Of a stretch of 64,000 nt of DNA, positions 24,300-37,531 are shown piece after piece. The position numbers and the translations under genes are program-made. Source of the DNA: Callorhinchus milii (lineage: Eukaryota). The DNA is taken from contig NW_024704770.1 of assembly GCF_018977255.1 (NCBI RefSeq), forward strand, positions 1,178,001 through 1,242,000, given 5' to 3'. The notes under the pieces were generated by a model, which did no database searches, had not been told where the DNA came from, and saw only the letters and a list, made by a program, of their open reading frames with translations. The first letter of the stretch is position 1; each line of letters starts with the position of its first letter.

Positions 24300-25060
24300 G
24301 GATTTTTTGCTTTTACAGAAACAGCCCAGCAACAGGAACAACCTGTGTTCTTTGGGGATAAATGGCAGCATTTCAGCCACTTGGTTCCCTTTCCTCAGGT
24401 TAACTTTGTGACAAATGTCATTTGACCCCATGGGATTCCAAAAAGTTCTCACCAAGGATCCAAAGGATTTATATCTGTTGTGTGGAACTTCTCGAAGTTT
24501 TACATCCTTTATGGATCAACTTTAGAACAACAGAATTCATGACAATGGCTATGAACAACAAAAAAGACTAACGATCACGAGTTATGCAGGCTTTTACTAA
24601 AGCTGTATTCACAGCATTAATATTAATAGAGCAAATTGTTTTGCACAGTCAGGTCCTGACTGAAAACATCTGGAGCAATTTTGGCTGACTGTAGGATCTG
24701 ACTGTACGCACTTGGCTTTGCAATTCATATTCCTACTATGATATTTTCACCTTCCTTAAAAAAGAAAACCAACAATTAAAGCTCATTCCAAAATACACAA
24801 GCTTCGTTCTTCAAATGTATTTGTGTTCTCTGTCCCTTCCTCAAAATCGAGACATATATCTGAGGGCTTGTTATCCTGCTATTACTGGAGCTCCATTTTA
24901 TAACTTCCTCTCTGAAGGAGAGCCAGAAATTCATTTTTTTTTTGTACTGTTTTTTCTTTATACATAGCAGTTTTTCAAAATCCAATATTTGTCGCATTTC
25001 TGGTAACTAGCCATTCGTGGAGTGATCCCAGAATCCAATTGTTTGCTGGAAATCCCAAGA
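24300..25060 (-). pseudogene. Fossil DNA-transposase frame, Sola-like
   Basis: Ordered minus-strand motifs across frameshifts: PRMASYQKCDK, ICLDFEE, a (G)HTKFAPD-like segment AGTCAGCCAAAATTGCTCCAGAT, HEF....DP..VKLRE and EMLPFIPKEHRLF. Confidence 0.45.
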
Positions 25061-26262
25061 GAACCAGTTTAGTTTATAGTCTGCTCTGGTCAGTAAAGCT
25101 GCAGTCCCAAAGTGCACACAAGCAAGATCTTCCACCGTCTGAATACAAATCCCTATTCCATCCCAGGTTTAGTTTCATTTCCACATCCATGACTCCTTTA
25201 CTTTGTAAGCATTTTAAAAAAGTGAATCTTCACCAGTCTAGCTTTCCCCTTTACAAGATCTTTTCAAATCGAGGTTCTACATATTGTTTTATCCTGTCCA
25301 AATGAAATACTTGCTATGCTCACAGGAGGGCTTTACAGCTGTTCTACGAGGTGAAATGCAATAGAGTTGCTAAATTACTTTGGTTTTTATGCTCAAGTGA
25401 TTGTTTTGGCCTCTATTGATGGGAAAGGTTAAAGAGATACCATGAAACGTGAGAATTAAACAGTAAAAAAATTAATTCATGCTATTTGCAATTGGCCCAT
25501 CTGCTACTCCATTTTATTGACCTCTAAAATGCACTTTTTAACAGTAACCAGCCAATCATTGGCATTCAGAGAAGTGAAATGATGAACCTTACTTATTCCA
25601 CCCATGTTGATTTTTGATTTAAAAATGGAATATTTTGGGTGTTTTCAGGCAATTGTTAGATTTGGGTGTTGGGTCATTAAAAGCTATTGCTGCCTCTGAT
25701 TTAATGAGAAACCATTGATTTGAAGTTTCATCACTCTGATGGAGGCAAAGTGATTTGAAATCCTCTTTTGCACTGCAGTTCATTCTCTGTAGTAATGGTT
25801 GTTTTGCCTCAACGCATACATATTAACAATCCTGCCACCTTTCAATATGTTTTTTTCCTTACTTCTCTCTCTACTCTACCATCCTCTCCAGAAGATGATG
25901 ATTCACGCTAAATCTGGGGCAGACTGCCCTCCATTAAGTCTACCAGGTGGCCATTCTTCATGTATGATCTTTGACAATATCTTGGCAGGCCAATTCACTG
26001 GGGCAGGAGTTATAATAATAATAATAACCATTGCATTTGATATCACCTCATCACGTCTTCGAGATCTACAAACCGGATAGAATCAGGAATAGAAATCCTG
26101 CTGAATTTCTCTGTTTTCTCTTCAACTTCCCTTCCCTCCCCATCCCAAAGAGAGGAGAACAAAGGTCAGTTGTCGTGCTTTCCATTGCTTTCGCAGCTGA
26201 CATAAGCTCACTGAGCACAAGCAAGGAAATCTTCCTCGGCCATATGGCTTACGACCACGTCC

Positions 26263-26740
26263 TGTTTGATTTGATTGAAGTGTTTAGAATTATGGAAAAG
26301 CTTGGCAAAATCAGCAGCAAATCTTGTGCTCCTGGTGGGCTCTCCCGATACAATAACATAACTTTAAAATGAGGGCAAAACGTGTTAGGATTGAGAGGAG
26401 GAAAATTCTTCTCGCAGAGTAATAAGAATCTGGGAACCCACTGTCCCAGAAAGCTATAGATAAGAAGTCACTGGAAGGATTTAAGAGGGGGTTATTAGGT
26501 ACTTGGGAGCAAATAATAACAATAATATTTGTTAGCGGCTGATCATGTCCTTATTCAAACGCTTCACAGTGACTGCATTTTGTGGGAGAAACGCAGCAGC
26601 CAATTGCGCATACAATGTCCCGTATTAAAGTATACAGCAGGAAGGTAGGATTAAGGAGGTTGTAATATGTGGAATGGTATGTGGCGGAACAGACTTGACA
26701 GGCCAAATGGCCTTCTGTTAATATCCTATGTTTCGTGTTC
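26263..26740 (+). mobile_element. Old CR1 3' end
   Basis: DLIEVFRIM, TTCTTCTCGCAGAG..TAAGAATCTGG and GGCCAAATGGCCT 3'UTR; contains a SINE fragment at ~26520-26620. Confidence 0.7.
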
Positions 26741-27589
26741 CCATGGTTGAGCCTTTTGGGAGTTCAGTTATAAAATTTTTATTCTCTTTTCTGGTACCCC
26801 ATAGGTAGCCACTATATTTAGCAGAGTGACATCCATTCTCTATGAGAGGATGAAATTAACAATATTGAAACCAAATCTGGGCAACACAAATGCGAGACCG
26901 TTCTTTCTAATTCTGCTCTGCTTTGAGAAAACTACCACCTTGAAGTGGCTGTCGCCTCCAGCATACATCGATCGAAGCGGGATTTCATTCCACCCTTTGA
27001 ATGATATGTAATTGAAAAGGAAAATCTGATAGATGGCCATAGATAAATTTTTTATCAATATTCATTTTCAATTTCATACAAAGTCAATGGAGAACAATCA
27101 ACATCCAAGGATCTGATAACAAAGGAATTTAGAATTGATTTAGCCAAACGGATTAATCAGAGTTGTCAGCCAGCCAAATCTGTGGCTACTTGAGTGTAAT
27201 TTTTAGACTGATCGTGCTCAGCACAACAGTAGAAAAAGCAATAATATTTAAGTGTGGATTGAATGTTTTATACTGTACAATTCCTGTGACAGCACACAAT
27301 TGCACCATAGCACATAAGGCATGCTATTTCCTTATGAAACCAACACGCTAAATACCTTCTGGTTAGAGTTAGTAACAGTGTATGGAAATACTGAAAATTC
27401 AGGAGTCTGACAAATGGTCCTCGTTCTTTGTCTTCTCTACAATATTGTTGTGGTTATAATCTCAAAGGATGCAAGGGACTCTTTGTTCTGGCTTTTGGTG
27501 TTTTCAGCCCCTTTTCCTCCCTCTCTCCCCTGCCTCGGGTCTGCCATTCAATCATTAAAATGCGCAGCATTCTTTTCACTTCCAACATT

Positions 27590-28140
27590 GTGAATTTTCA
27601 CGATGACTTGTTTTCAGCGTTCTAACTGAAATTGTCATTATCGGACTCTCAAAACTTTCTTTAGAAAAGAATAACGAGGTATAGTGTATATATGTATTCA
27701 GTATGTCGCTGATATGCACGTGATATATTTGATTAGAGCAAAAGTGATCCTTGAATTGGCCAAGAGGGATGAATTTCATGTTTCCCAACAGTTTGCAAGA
27801 GGGCAACAGCAGCTGAATCTCTCGGTTGGCATATGCGTGAGGCTTCTTGTGTGCAAAATCTTGTTCCAGTTTTATTCGTCTGAATTCTTCCATTTGTTTG
27901 AACGTTCTATGTGAAGTCTGGCTCGGGCTTTCTTCCTCACAAAACTTGACACTGTATTAGGCAAATGATTCCAACAGACTTTGGAGATTTTGCCAGTATG
28001 ATTTACAGGCAACAGCAAACGGATCTGGTGTTTACAGCCAAAACACTGGACATATAATGTTTGTCTTGCACCAGAGTTGACATGTTTCAGGCTGTTTGCA
28101 AACCTACACTACATGTAGGACAAATCCTTTCTTCCTGTTT
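27590..28140 (-). pseudogene. Possible fossil transposase (Kolobok-like)
   Basis: ICPTC...G...LYVQCFGCKH Zn-ribbon pattern, then LEQDFAHKKPH and ILNTYIHY....SKESF....M...VRTL...HREN; needs frameshifts. Confidence 0.28.
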
Positions 28141-29225
28141 TGCCGAGAAGTGAGGCTGTTTCTTTTAAACGTGACATTCCACCTATATTACATGTCGTAC
28201 GTTCAGCATTCAGACCCTATCGTGCGCGAAGGGCGCTGTGTCAGTATAAGTTGATGTTATTGCATCACCTCAGAGTAAAGAAAGGTAAACTGACTGTGTA
28301 GATTATATGGAGAAATTACCTGAATCATCGAATAGGGCACTTGCATTCCCAGGGGGAGACTCGTGTCCAGTGGGTGCTGTCCTCCATCTCGCTGGTTTGA
28401 TTCTTTCAGAAACTGCATCTGTTTTTATTAACTCTACTTCTCTTGTGCAAGAAGTGTGGCGACGTGGCTTGGGATATCACAGCTGGGTTTCATGCAGTGC
28501 TAATTTCAGAGGTAGTTCTGGGGATAGAGGCCAATTTGTATATGGTTGCGAGCTGGATTGGGACGTAGTCCTGGAATCCTGGCTGACTTGCTGAGTGCTG
28601 CTCCATTTCTGTGGTAGCTAGAACAACATAAGCTTTACATCCGCGTTTTATTTGTAAAATTACATTTAGCTTGGAAGTTGGCTGTTGCGTTTAGCCCACA
28701 AATATACACAAATATACTGTCAATTCACTTTAAAGTATATTCTGTGAAGTGTTTTGTGATGTCTAGAAGACGTGAAAAGCGCTATATCAAACCCAATGAT
28801 TATTATTTTATTTATATGGTCCAGGCAAGCTGATGACCGAAAAACTCTCGCTGTTTAATATGGACTGTCCATGCCAGTTGGCTTGCCAGGACAAGAAAAT
28901 ACTGCTTTGGCACTCGCTTCAGCAGAAACCTCTTCGGGTCACGTGGCTAGTTTCTGTTGGCAACATCCTCTGCAAACAATGCTGACTGTGTGGTACAACT
29001 TTCGCCCACAAATATACAGTCAATTCACTTTACAGTATATTCTGTGAAGCGCTTGGAGACATCTAGAAAACATAAGTAACGCTATATAAAATGCAAAGAT
29101 TATTATTATTACAATGAATTGGGCTACAAAAACTTGTTTATGCTGCTTTTATAATGTGGCTTTAAAAGCTAGAAATGTGGTGCCAAACTGCCTTCTCCTG
29201 TTAATTTCCTACATTCTGTGTTCCG

Positions 29226-29619
29226 TCTTCGACCGTGCCTTCGGTCACCCTCCTTACCCTCCTGTCCGAGCCAAGCCGAGCCTTCAGCTCCCCTCTCGAC
29301 TCTCTTCCCCCTTCTCGCTCCCTCCCATCCCTCCCCTCACCCTGACCATTTCCCCCCTCCTCGCTCCTTCCCCTCCCCTCACCCTGACCATTTCCCCCCA
29401 CTGCTCGGGTCATGAACCAACTGTGCAGCGCCTTGGGACGTCCTCCTGACGTGAAAGGCGCTTTATAAATGGAATCTTGTTGTTGTTGTTGTCCTCCACC
29501 CTCCCCAATCCTGATCCCCAGCTCAGGTCCAAAATACCGAATGTCCAGTGACTTCGGACGTCCCCCCGACATGAAAAGGGCTATACAAATGTAATTTTGT
29601 GGTTGTGGTTGTTGTTGTT
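29226..29619 (+). mobile_element. Two tandem L2 3' ends (29226-29492 and 29493-29619)
   Basis: The first shares the pyrimidine duplication with the 14631 copy; both end in GACGTCC..C.GAC.TGAAA.G.GCT.TA.AAATG..(TTG)n. Confidence 0.88.
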
Positions 29620-30298
29620 CCCAGGGTTGAGCCAGGGGCTGCCAAAATTCAAGCGTCAAGCATTTCACATTACCTCTCCAGTTCTGGAGGGCGCCTGCAG
29701 TAAAATTAGCCCAATGACGTTGGACACTTTCATGCAAAATTGTTAGGAATTTATTTTTACCATTAGTAGCTCAAAAGCAGGAAAGAATTAAAGGGTAGGT
29801 TAGGAAAAAAATCTTTACACAGAAAGATGCCTGGAATCTAGCATTCTCTGCCAAAATCCTTTGCGGCCATCAATTATTTTAGAAAATAGATTACAGTTTG
29901 AAAAAGTGGAAATTAAAGGAAATGGGAAGTGAGCTGCAGAGTGGAGTTAGATGAGGAGTCTCACAGAGAAACAAAATAAATAATTATAATAATAATAACC
30001 CTTGCATTTGATATAATGCCTTATCCCGTCGTTGAGACATCTCAAAGCACTTCACAGAATATAATATACTGTAAACTAAATTGACTCAAAAGTGCAGTCT
30101 TGATAGTCTTGATGGTCTTCTATGCGGTAACATTCATGATTTTTACAGTTTGCAATTCTGTAACTTTAATACTGCTTTTATACTATTGGTTTGTTTCCGG
30201 AGATAACTCGTAATGATCCAACAGCATTGGATCCAAACATCCAACTCTGAATCCAATCTCCACGTCATCGCAATACTTAACATCATGTTAACATCATG

Positions 30299-30666
30299 GA
30301 TAATAATAATAATAATCCTTGCATTTGATATAGCACCTTATCATGTCTTCCAGACGTCTCAAAGCGCTTCACAAAATATTCTGTAAAGTGAATGACTGTA
30401 TATTTTATGGGCGAACCTCGGCCGCCAATTGCGCACAGCAGTGGATGGAATGACCAAATTATTATTAAAACATTTTTTAAAGGGATTATTACTCCCGGGA
30501 AAAACGATCTGCCAATTGACTAACAACTGGGTTCCTACTTACTGCTAGGTAAGGCGTGCGGAGTAAGGAAGGCGTGCGGAGTAAGGAAGGCGTGTGGAGC
30601 AAGGAAACTTGCCTAACGTTTCACCCTGGCAGGACGAGTGCTCTAACCCTTAAGCTACAGGACTCC
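30299..30666 (-). mobile_element. tRNA-Ala DeuSINE, old subfamily, with an internal 18-bp triplication
   Basis: (AAGGCGTGCGGAGTAAGG)x3 at 30551-30604. Confidence 0.88.
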
Positions 30667-30873
30667 ACAATGATGATGCCATCAAGACATGCGGCCACAT
30701 GTGATGTCATTTGATGCAGGCGGTCTCTGATGGCCATGTGAGACCAATTCATTCTGGCCTCTTTTTTGGTCAGCCGGGTACCTGACAAATGCGGAAAACC
30801 ATCACCAAACCCAGCTGAGAATTCCATACATCCCATGTACACATGGAAATCCCAGAGATAGATTGTTGGAATG

Positions 30874-30880
<7 letters not shown>

Positions 30881-30905
<25 letters not shown>
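30881..30905. repeat. (CT)n microsatellite
   Basis: Read directly from the sequence. Confidence 0.95.
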
Positions 30906-31379
30906 CCTGGAGGGTCGCTTTTCTAGACTCGACAGCCTTTGAGAATTGCGATATAAAATCTGTATCAATCAAATAAGACTGAAGCAAGAGATCACAATGG
31001 TGCTCTGCTTGTGAGAATGAGCTGTAAACAGGATATCTTTGTGGAATGATCAACTTGCGTTACTGGTCCCCTGAAATGAATTCTGAAAATAAATGCCATG
31101 TGGAGGGATACTGTTTTACAGCACAGGGCCTTTGGGATCATTGACAAAATGTGGTCATTAAAATTGACTTGTTTTCTTCCACCGCTTCAGCTTCTGTCTA
31201 TAATACAGAACCGAGCCATTTTCAATCAATATATATCTCTAATAGGCAAAGGCAAGTGATAAAGCACCAAACATAAGTTGCTGTTGCTGATCAATAAGAA
31301 GGGGTGGCTCTGGTTGCGGTCTGCACAAAGCTCAACAAATCAGCAATCGAAAAACCACAGTAACCACAGCAGTTGTCAT

Positions 31380-32035
31380 GTTAACTGTTTGGGGATTAGC
31401 ATTGCACAGGTAGTTTGTTTGTTAAGGTACAAAACAATGGACAGACCCATCTTTGAATGTACACTTTACAGTATATTCCGTGAAGCGATTTGAGACGTCT
31501 CAACGGAGTGATAAGGCGCTATATTAAATGCAAGGATTATTATTATTACTAAAGTCTAGGTTAATACTCCAATACAGTGCTGGGTAGCACTGCATTGTCA
31601 GAGGTGCCATCCTTCGGATGAGATGTTAAACTTAGGTCCTGTATGCCAGTTCAGGTGGACATTAAAGATCTCGTGTACTGTTTGAAAAGAGAAGGAAGAA
31701 TCTCCCAGTGTCCTGGCCAACAATCTCCTAAATAACTTTGGTCGTTCACTTCGTTGCTGTTTATGGGACATTGTTGTGTGCAAATTGATTGATGCATTTG
31801 TATAGAAAATATATTCACTGCACTACAGTACTGTGAAGCACTTCCAAGATGTCCTTTTGATCTGAAGGGCACTGTATCAAATACAGGAATTGGAGAAGGG
31901 ACACTGCTGTGCGGAATTGGCTGCCGCATTTCGCTCACAAATATACAGGCAATTCACTTTACAGTATATGCTATGAAGCGTTTTGAGACGTCTAGAAGAC
32001 ATGGAAAGCGCTATATCAAATGCAAGGATTATTTA
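31380..32035 (+). mobile_element. Cluster of DeuSINE fragments, including a SacSINE1-like body at ~31555-31885
   Basis: GCACTGCATTGTCAGAGGTGCCATCCTTCGGATGAGATGTTAAAC plus several tails. Confidence 0.75.
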
Positions 32036-32062
32036 TTTATCTCTTTATTTATTTTATTTATT

Positions 32063-32391
32063 ATTATAATAATAATAATAATAATCCTTGCATTTGATAT
32101 AGCGCTTTTCACGTCGGGCGGACGTCCCAAAGCGCTTCACAGAACACACTGTAAAGTGAATTGACTGTATATTTGTGGGCGAACGCGGCAGCCAATTGCG
32201 CACAGCAATGTCCCACAAACAGTCGTGGATTGAAAATGACCAATTTATTATTGTTTTTGGTTTTGGAGGGATTATTATTAGGCTCTGTGTGGTGTAAGGA
32301 AACTTGCCCAAGGTTTCGCCCTCTGCCTGGAATTGAACTCAGGTCTCTCGCTTGCAAAGCGAGTGCTCTAACCACTGAGCTACAGGACTCC
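32063..32391 (-). mobile_element. tRNA-Ala DeuSINE, young subfamily, full length
   Basis: Perfect anticodon stem CTCGC/GCGAG with TGC; near-identical to the other young copies. Confidence 0.93.
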
Positions 32392-34235
32392 ATCAGTCTT
32401 AAAACTTGGAAAAACAAATTGCTGGAAATGTTTTTTTCAAAACCAGATGCATTTTATTTATAGAAGTATTGCTACACTTTTATATCTTCCATTGGAACTT
32501 GGAATTTTACAGGAAAGGTCAAAATTAAAAGAATTAAAATAATAATAGCCCTTGTATTTGATATAGCACCTTATCACGTTGCCTCAAAGTGCTTCACAGA
32601 ATATACTGTAAAGTGAATTGATTGTGCATTTTATGGGCGAAAAATATAATACACTGCTCTTATGTCTGAAACTCCTCAATGCCATTAAGAGAAGTTACTA
32701 AGCTAAGAGGCTTGAATGTGAAGCTGATGCATTCCTTTAAAGAGAGCCATCTGAATGCTTCACGGACTGATTTGATAGTTACATTTTTGTAATTCAGCAG
32801 AACTGCTCTTACTGCTATAGTTGCCCTTTTAAATCATCTCAATTTCTGTCTGTTTCTATTGTCTTCTCTCTTTAGGTTCACTTTAGGCCACACGTTTTTG
32901 CGACTGAGAATACTTAAGGCATTTCTCACTGTAATGGTCGGGCTCGGGCTGTGTCTGATGTTCTGTTGTGTGGAGAATGGTGAGGTGGTGCATATCGTTG
33001 ATTCTAACGCATCAGAATGCGAATGACCTGTTGCTGAGTCCTATATGGTGACTGGTCTGCTTTAAAACAAATGTTTTGCCTTGTTCATTATTGGCTTTGC
33101 GTCCTTTTAATAATTCGATTTCATGTAATATTTCTGCATTTTCAACTGATATTCAATTGGTTAAATAAACAAAATCCAGTGACCAATATTGTCACCAACT
33201 CCAGGCGCCATAGTAAGCGTGAGGCTCTGACCGAGTGTGCTGGACATGCCACCGTGTGATGCTTGATGTGATCTGACATTTTCACTGTTGGTGATTTCAT
33301 CTATATGATTATCTTGGATTATTTCTATTACAAATTCCACAGTCACAGCATAAAAAGTTTAGAGAGAACAGAGCAACCATTACAACACGATGCACTGGGT
33401 CCAATCTCAGACTGGGTTCTATTATATATACACATATATATTATATGGGTTATATTAGTTTTAAAAGCGGTTGCAACGTCACTTCCTCTTTGCTGTTTGC
33501 AAGAGGGGACCATGATACCATTTGCTGTGCACCGTGCATAAGACATGACCTGTTGTCATCCTTTCCTTCACAAACTGGTGTCCATGAGCGGTCACCTGCC
33601 TACCCTTGAAGCCATTTTTTAGTGTGAGAAGCCAGTTTGTCTGTAGCGGAAGTGCGTGTGTGTGGGGGCGGAGTGGGGGGGGGGGTATCGTGCTTCCAGT
33701 TAGCATGGGTCCACAGGTCACCAGAGCAACAAGCAACGGTATGCTATATGGTGGGGTGGGGGGGGCGGTGGAGAGAGTTATTACGAGGCTCTCACGTATA
33801 CCGTGCTCATAAAACAAACCAAGCTAGTTCTGTAATCTTCTGCGAGTGTGGAAAGGTTATGAAAGGAATATGCCAAGAGAAACATGTGCAAGCCAAGATT
33901 CCAGTCCCGAGGTGTGGTAGATTTTCTTTTATTTTAACACTTCAACAGCCACGTTTCAAGATACATTCGGTTCTGTTAGTAACTCATACCATGTCATTTA
34001 CGCTTGTGAATTCTCTGTGTCCCATTTAATTGTACAAGTACACCCTGTACAAATGTCATCTTTTTTTTCAAAATGTTAACCTTCACCTCGCATTACATCA
34101 CCAAAGATTGTCATGCAACGCAATTAGTCGACTCCTAAATTTCAGAGAAGAATCATTTAAATTTAGGATGACAGTGGTACTGTCAGAATAAACTCCTCAA
34201 ACAAAAGCACGTTGATGTGAAATAAGTGGAGTAAG

Positions 34236-34592
34236 AATAAAAATCCTTGCATTTGATACAGTGCCTTGTCATGTCATTGAGATGTCTCAAAGCGCTTCAC
34301 AGAATATACTGTAAAGTGAATTGACTATGTTTTGTGGGAGAAATGTGGCAGACAATTGCGCACAGCAGTGTCCCACAAACAGTTGTGGATTGAGTGACCA
34401 CATTATTTTTGAGGGATTATTCCCCCAGAAAGCGATCCGCCAATCGACTTAACAACACAGGTTCCTACTTACTGCTAGGTAAACAGAGGCGTGTGGAGTA
34501 AGGAACCTTACCTAAGATTTCACCCTGCCTGGCAATGGAACTCGGTTTCCTCTCCTTTGCAAGGCGATGCTGTAACCAATATGCTACGGACT
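34236..34592 (-). mobile_element. tRNA-Ala DeuSINE, old subfamily, near full length
   Basis: Head, long core, Deu domain and tail. Confidence 0.87.
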
Positions 34593-35280
34593 AAGTAAGT
34601 GAGTTAAGTATCTTTAACTAGGAATGGGATATGAATTAAATATAGTTTTTTATGTAGGTGTAGGCACTCTATTCTGAAAAGAGTTGTGCACTAAACATGG
34701 TTTTTAGCCGTCCTGATCATATATGGCGCAAAAGGTTTTGCATGGTTGGTTTAACAAGTTGCTTCTGTGCAGATCGATAGATTTTAGTTATTTAATAACC
34801 ATCTAATGTTTTGGCGGTAGAGTAGGTACGGTTTCACAAGTAAATCTTTTCTTTTGTAATGATGATGTGCGAAGTGGAACTTGGCTTTGGTGGATGCTCT
34901 GTGCCTGGACATGCTGAATGCGTTGTGAACAGCTCCAGCTGATTGTCATGCCAAAACAATCCATATGAAAAGTTGCTGTGGGGAGACGTCAGCCAATGTG
35001 TGGCTTGGTGACAGATGGTAAACTCTGCTCATTGTGTGGAACCCCTGGGGTTATGGAGTGGGCCAGACTCTGGGCAGCGTGTGCTTAACCCTTCACTTTA
35101 TCAGCTAGGCAAGAAGCACACCAGCTGGAGTCCTGCCTACAGGGTTTCAGCTGGAACTGCAAATAGAATTTTCCACACTAGAGAATGTTAATAAACCTTT
35201 CTTGAGGTGAAAATATTATGATATTCAGAATGACATGTTTTTCTTGGAGCCCTGGAAGGACTCGATTGAGCTGCCCTTGC

Positions 35281-35308
35281 CTGTCTGTCTGTCTGTCTGT
35301 CTGTCTGT
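35281..35308. repeat. (CTGT)n microsatellite
   Basis: Read directly from the sequence. Confidence 0.95.
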
Positions 35309-35769
35309 CCTACATGTCTAATAATCAATCGCAGCTCTAATACCTCATCTACCATCAATTAAATTCAGTGAAGTGTTGAAGTGTTGAGAGAAACCACATC
35401 CAGTTTTGAATTTCAAATGATTCTGGTTTAAGCTTTTGTTTTTTTTTAAAAAAAAATCTCTATTTGTTTTCTCTCCTTTCATCAGCCTCTTCTCTCTTCA
35501 CTAAGCTCTCCCCAGAGGGTGGGCCAGCAGCCTGCTCCCTTACCTCTGTTAATGCAATTTTAAACACACTTATAAAGAAATAGCTTGCTTTGCTCTGAGA
35601 TATTTTTAGTGACTAATGTACGGGGTTCAATAGTCAAATCAAATGCAAAGAAATAATTTTAATCTGCCTTCGATCGGAATGAGTATTCCTCTTCTCTCTG
35701 ATTGACTATGCCGTCATTGTTGAGTCTGGAGAAAGTAAAGCTTTCACGGGAGTTAGCAGTTTAGGGCAT

Positions 35770-35975
35770 TTCCAGGGGTAATAATTCCTTGGAAAAACAA
35801 TCAATAATTTGGTCACTCAATCCGTGACTCTGTGGGACATTGCTGTGCGCAAATTGTCTGCATCGTTTCTCCCACAAAATATACAGTCAATTCACTTCCC
35901 AGTATATTCTGTGAAGCGATTTGAGACGTCTCGAAGACGTGATAAGGCGCTGTATCAAATGCAAAGGTTATGATC
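35770..35975 (+). mobile_element. DeuSINE 3' half, old tail
   Basis: GAGACGTCTCGAAGACGTGATAAGGCGC. Confidence 0.85.
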
Positions 35976-37240
35976 ATTACCATTTTAGCCTTTTGCTGTG
36001 AAAATTTCCACTTCCTGCCTAGTTTGGTGCTTAGGCTGCACAGGATTGCCACGATGTTACAGACTTGTGGAGAGCAACTGTCAATTTGAATTTTTTGTGC
36101 CATCAAAGCCCCAGCAACCGCTTCAGAAAATCTTTAAGCAAAACTAAAGTCTCAGCTCAAAGTGAGCCCCTAACATGAGGTGGAGAAAGGTCATTTGTGT
36201 ATGATCCCCTTAAAAAGGCAGTGTCTCTGGTGACTTCTCATTCTGGGATGAATTGTTTTGCTCAGCTTGGGCGCCTAACACATGGGAAACCCATCGCCAT
36301 GCTTCAGAATATCCGAACCAAACTAAGTTGCATGCAAGCCATCTATACATGGATATTCCAGAGAGATTTATTGACATGAAATGTGTACTCTTACACTGAA
36401 GGATTCATCCTGCTTCCCTAATTTTGGAGAGTATTAGGCACAGGTTGCCAAGAGCCAAGGCTTGGGGACCCCAGAGTGTGTTTTGCATTGGGGTAACTGC
36501 TGGAGCCTAACCAGCTAAAAATGAAAAGCTTGCCATTGGAAGAACCATCTGGCAGCTTTCCTACTGCTTGTCCAGCGAGAACCTTACCCATTAGGGCTTT
36601 GGCTTGCAGGGTTAACGGGAGCCTAGGGTAAAAAGTTTATGCCACGTCCTGCCGATGAGCCAGCTGAGCCCTGGAGTACTGTGGACCTGGCTGGCTCAAG
36701 AACTGGACTACCGAGATTGCCTCAGAGGGCTGGCTCGATTTTGACTTTCCGTTGCCAAACATTTCATCTTGGAGCCAGTTCAACTCCAAGGAGATCCTGC
36801 TTACCCCCCTCCTCCGCTCCCCAAAAGATAGTCATTAGTTGGTCATTTGATATCCGACAAGCACAGGTTTAAGCCCTTACTGAGTGGATGGCAGATGCAG
36901 ATACTCTGTGGGATTTGTGGGATGATAGCATCAAAAATAATAATATCCTTAGATTTGATATCGTGCCTTTCATGCGGGATGTCTTAGTAAAGTGCTGTAT
37001 AGAATTTACTGACAATCTTACTGAGTCAGCCTGTCGCCTTCAGGGCTTGGCGCATAAAGAGATTGAAGATACTACCTGTCCAACGCCTTGGGAAATCCTC
37101 CCTACATGAAAGGCAAATTGTTGTAGTTGAAAGCCATCGTTTGTCAGCGCATAGTAATGTCCCACAAACAGTCATGAAGTGAACAAGCAAGTTAATTTCT
37201 CGCCTCTAAGTCAGAAGTTTGTGGGTTCACAGCCTACTCT

Positions 37241-37531
37241 CAAGCGAGAGACCTGAGTTCAATTCCAGGCAGAGGGCGAAACCTTAGGCAAGTTTCCTTA
37301 CTCCACACAGAGCCTAATAATAATCCCTCCAAAACCCAAAACAATAATAAATCGGTCATTTTCAATCTACGACTGTTTGTGGGACATTGCTGTGCGCAAT
37401 TGGCTGCCGCATTCGCCCACAAATATACAGTCAATTCACTTTACAGTGTGTTCTGTGAAGCGCTTTGGGACGTCCTCCCGACGTGAAAAGCGCTATATCA
37501 AATGCAAGGATTATTATTATTATTATTATTA
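37241..37531 (+). mobile_element. Young DeuSINE (5'-truncated at the anticodon) nested in a SacSINE1-like element (~37198-37730)
   Basis: The host head CTCGCCTCTAAGTCAGAAG..TGTGGGTTCA resumes after the (TTA)n tail with ACTTCAGGA...CTAGGCTGACACCCCAGTGCA. Confidence 0.9.

Noticed and set aside
28818-28892. Second hammerhead candidate (CTGATGACCGAAA)
   Set aside because: There is no stem II and stem I does not pair next to the core; only a weak imperfect inverted repeat remains
29201-29737. 178-aa ORF with poly-Q
   Set aside because: Antisense reading of L2 tails and (TTG)n repeats
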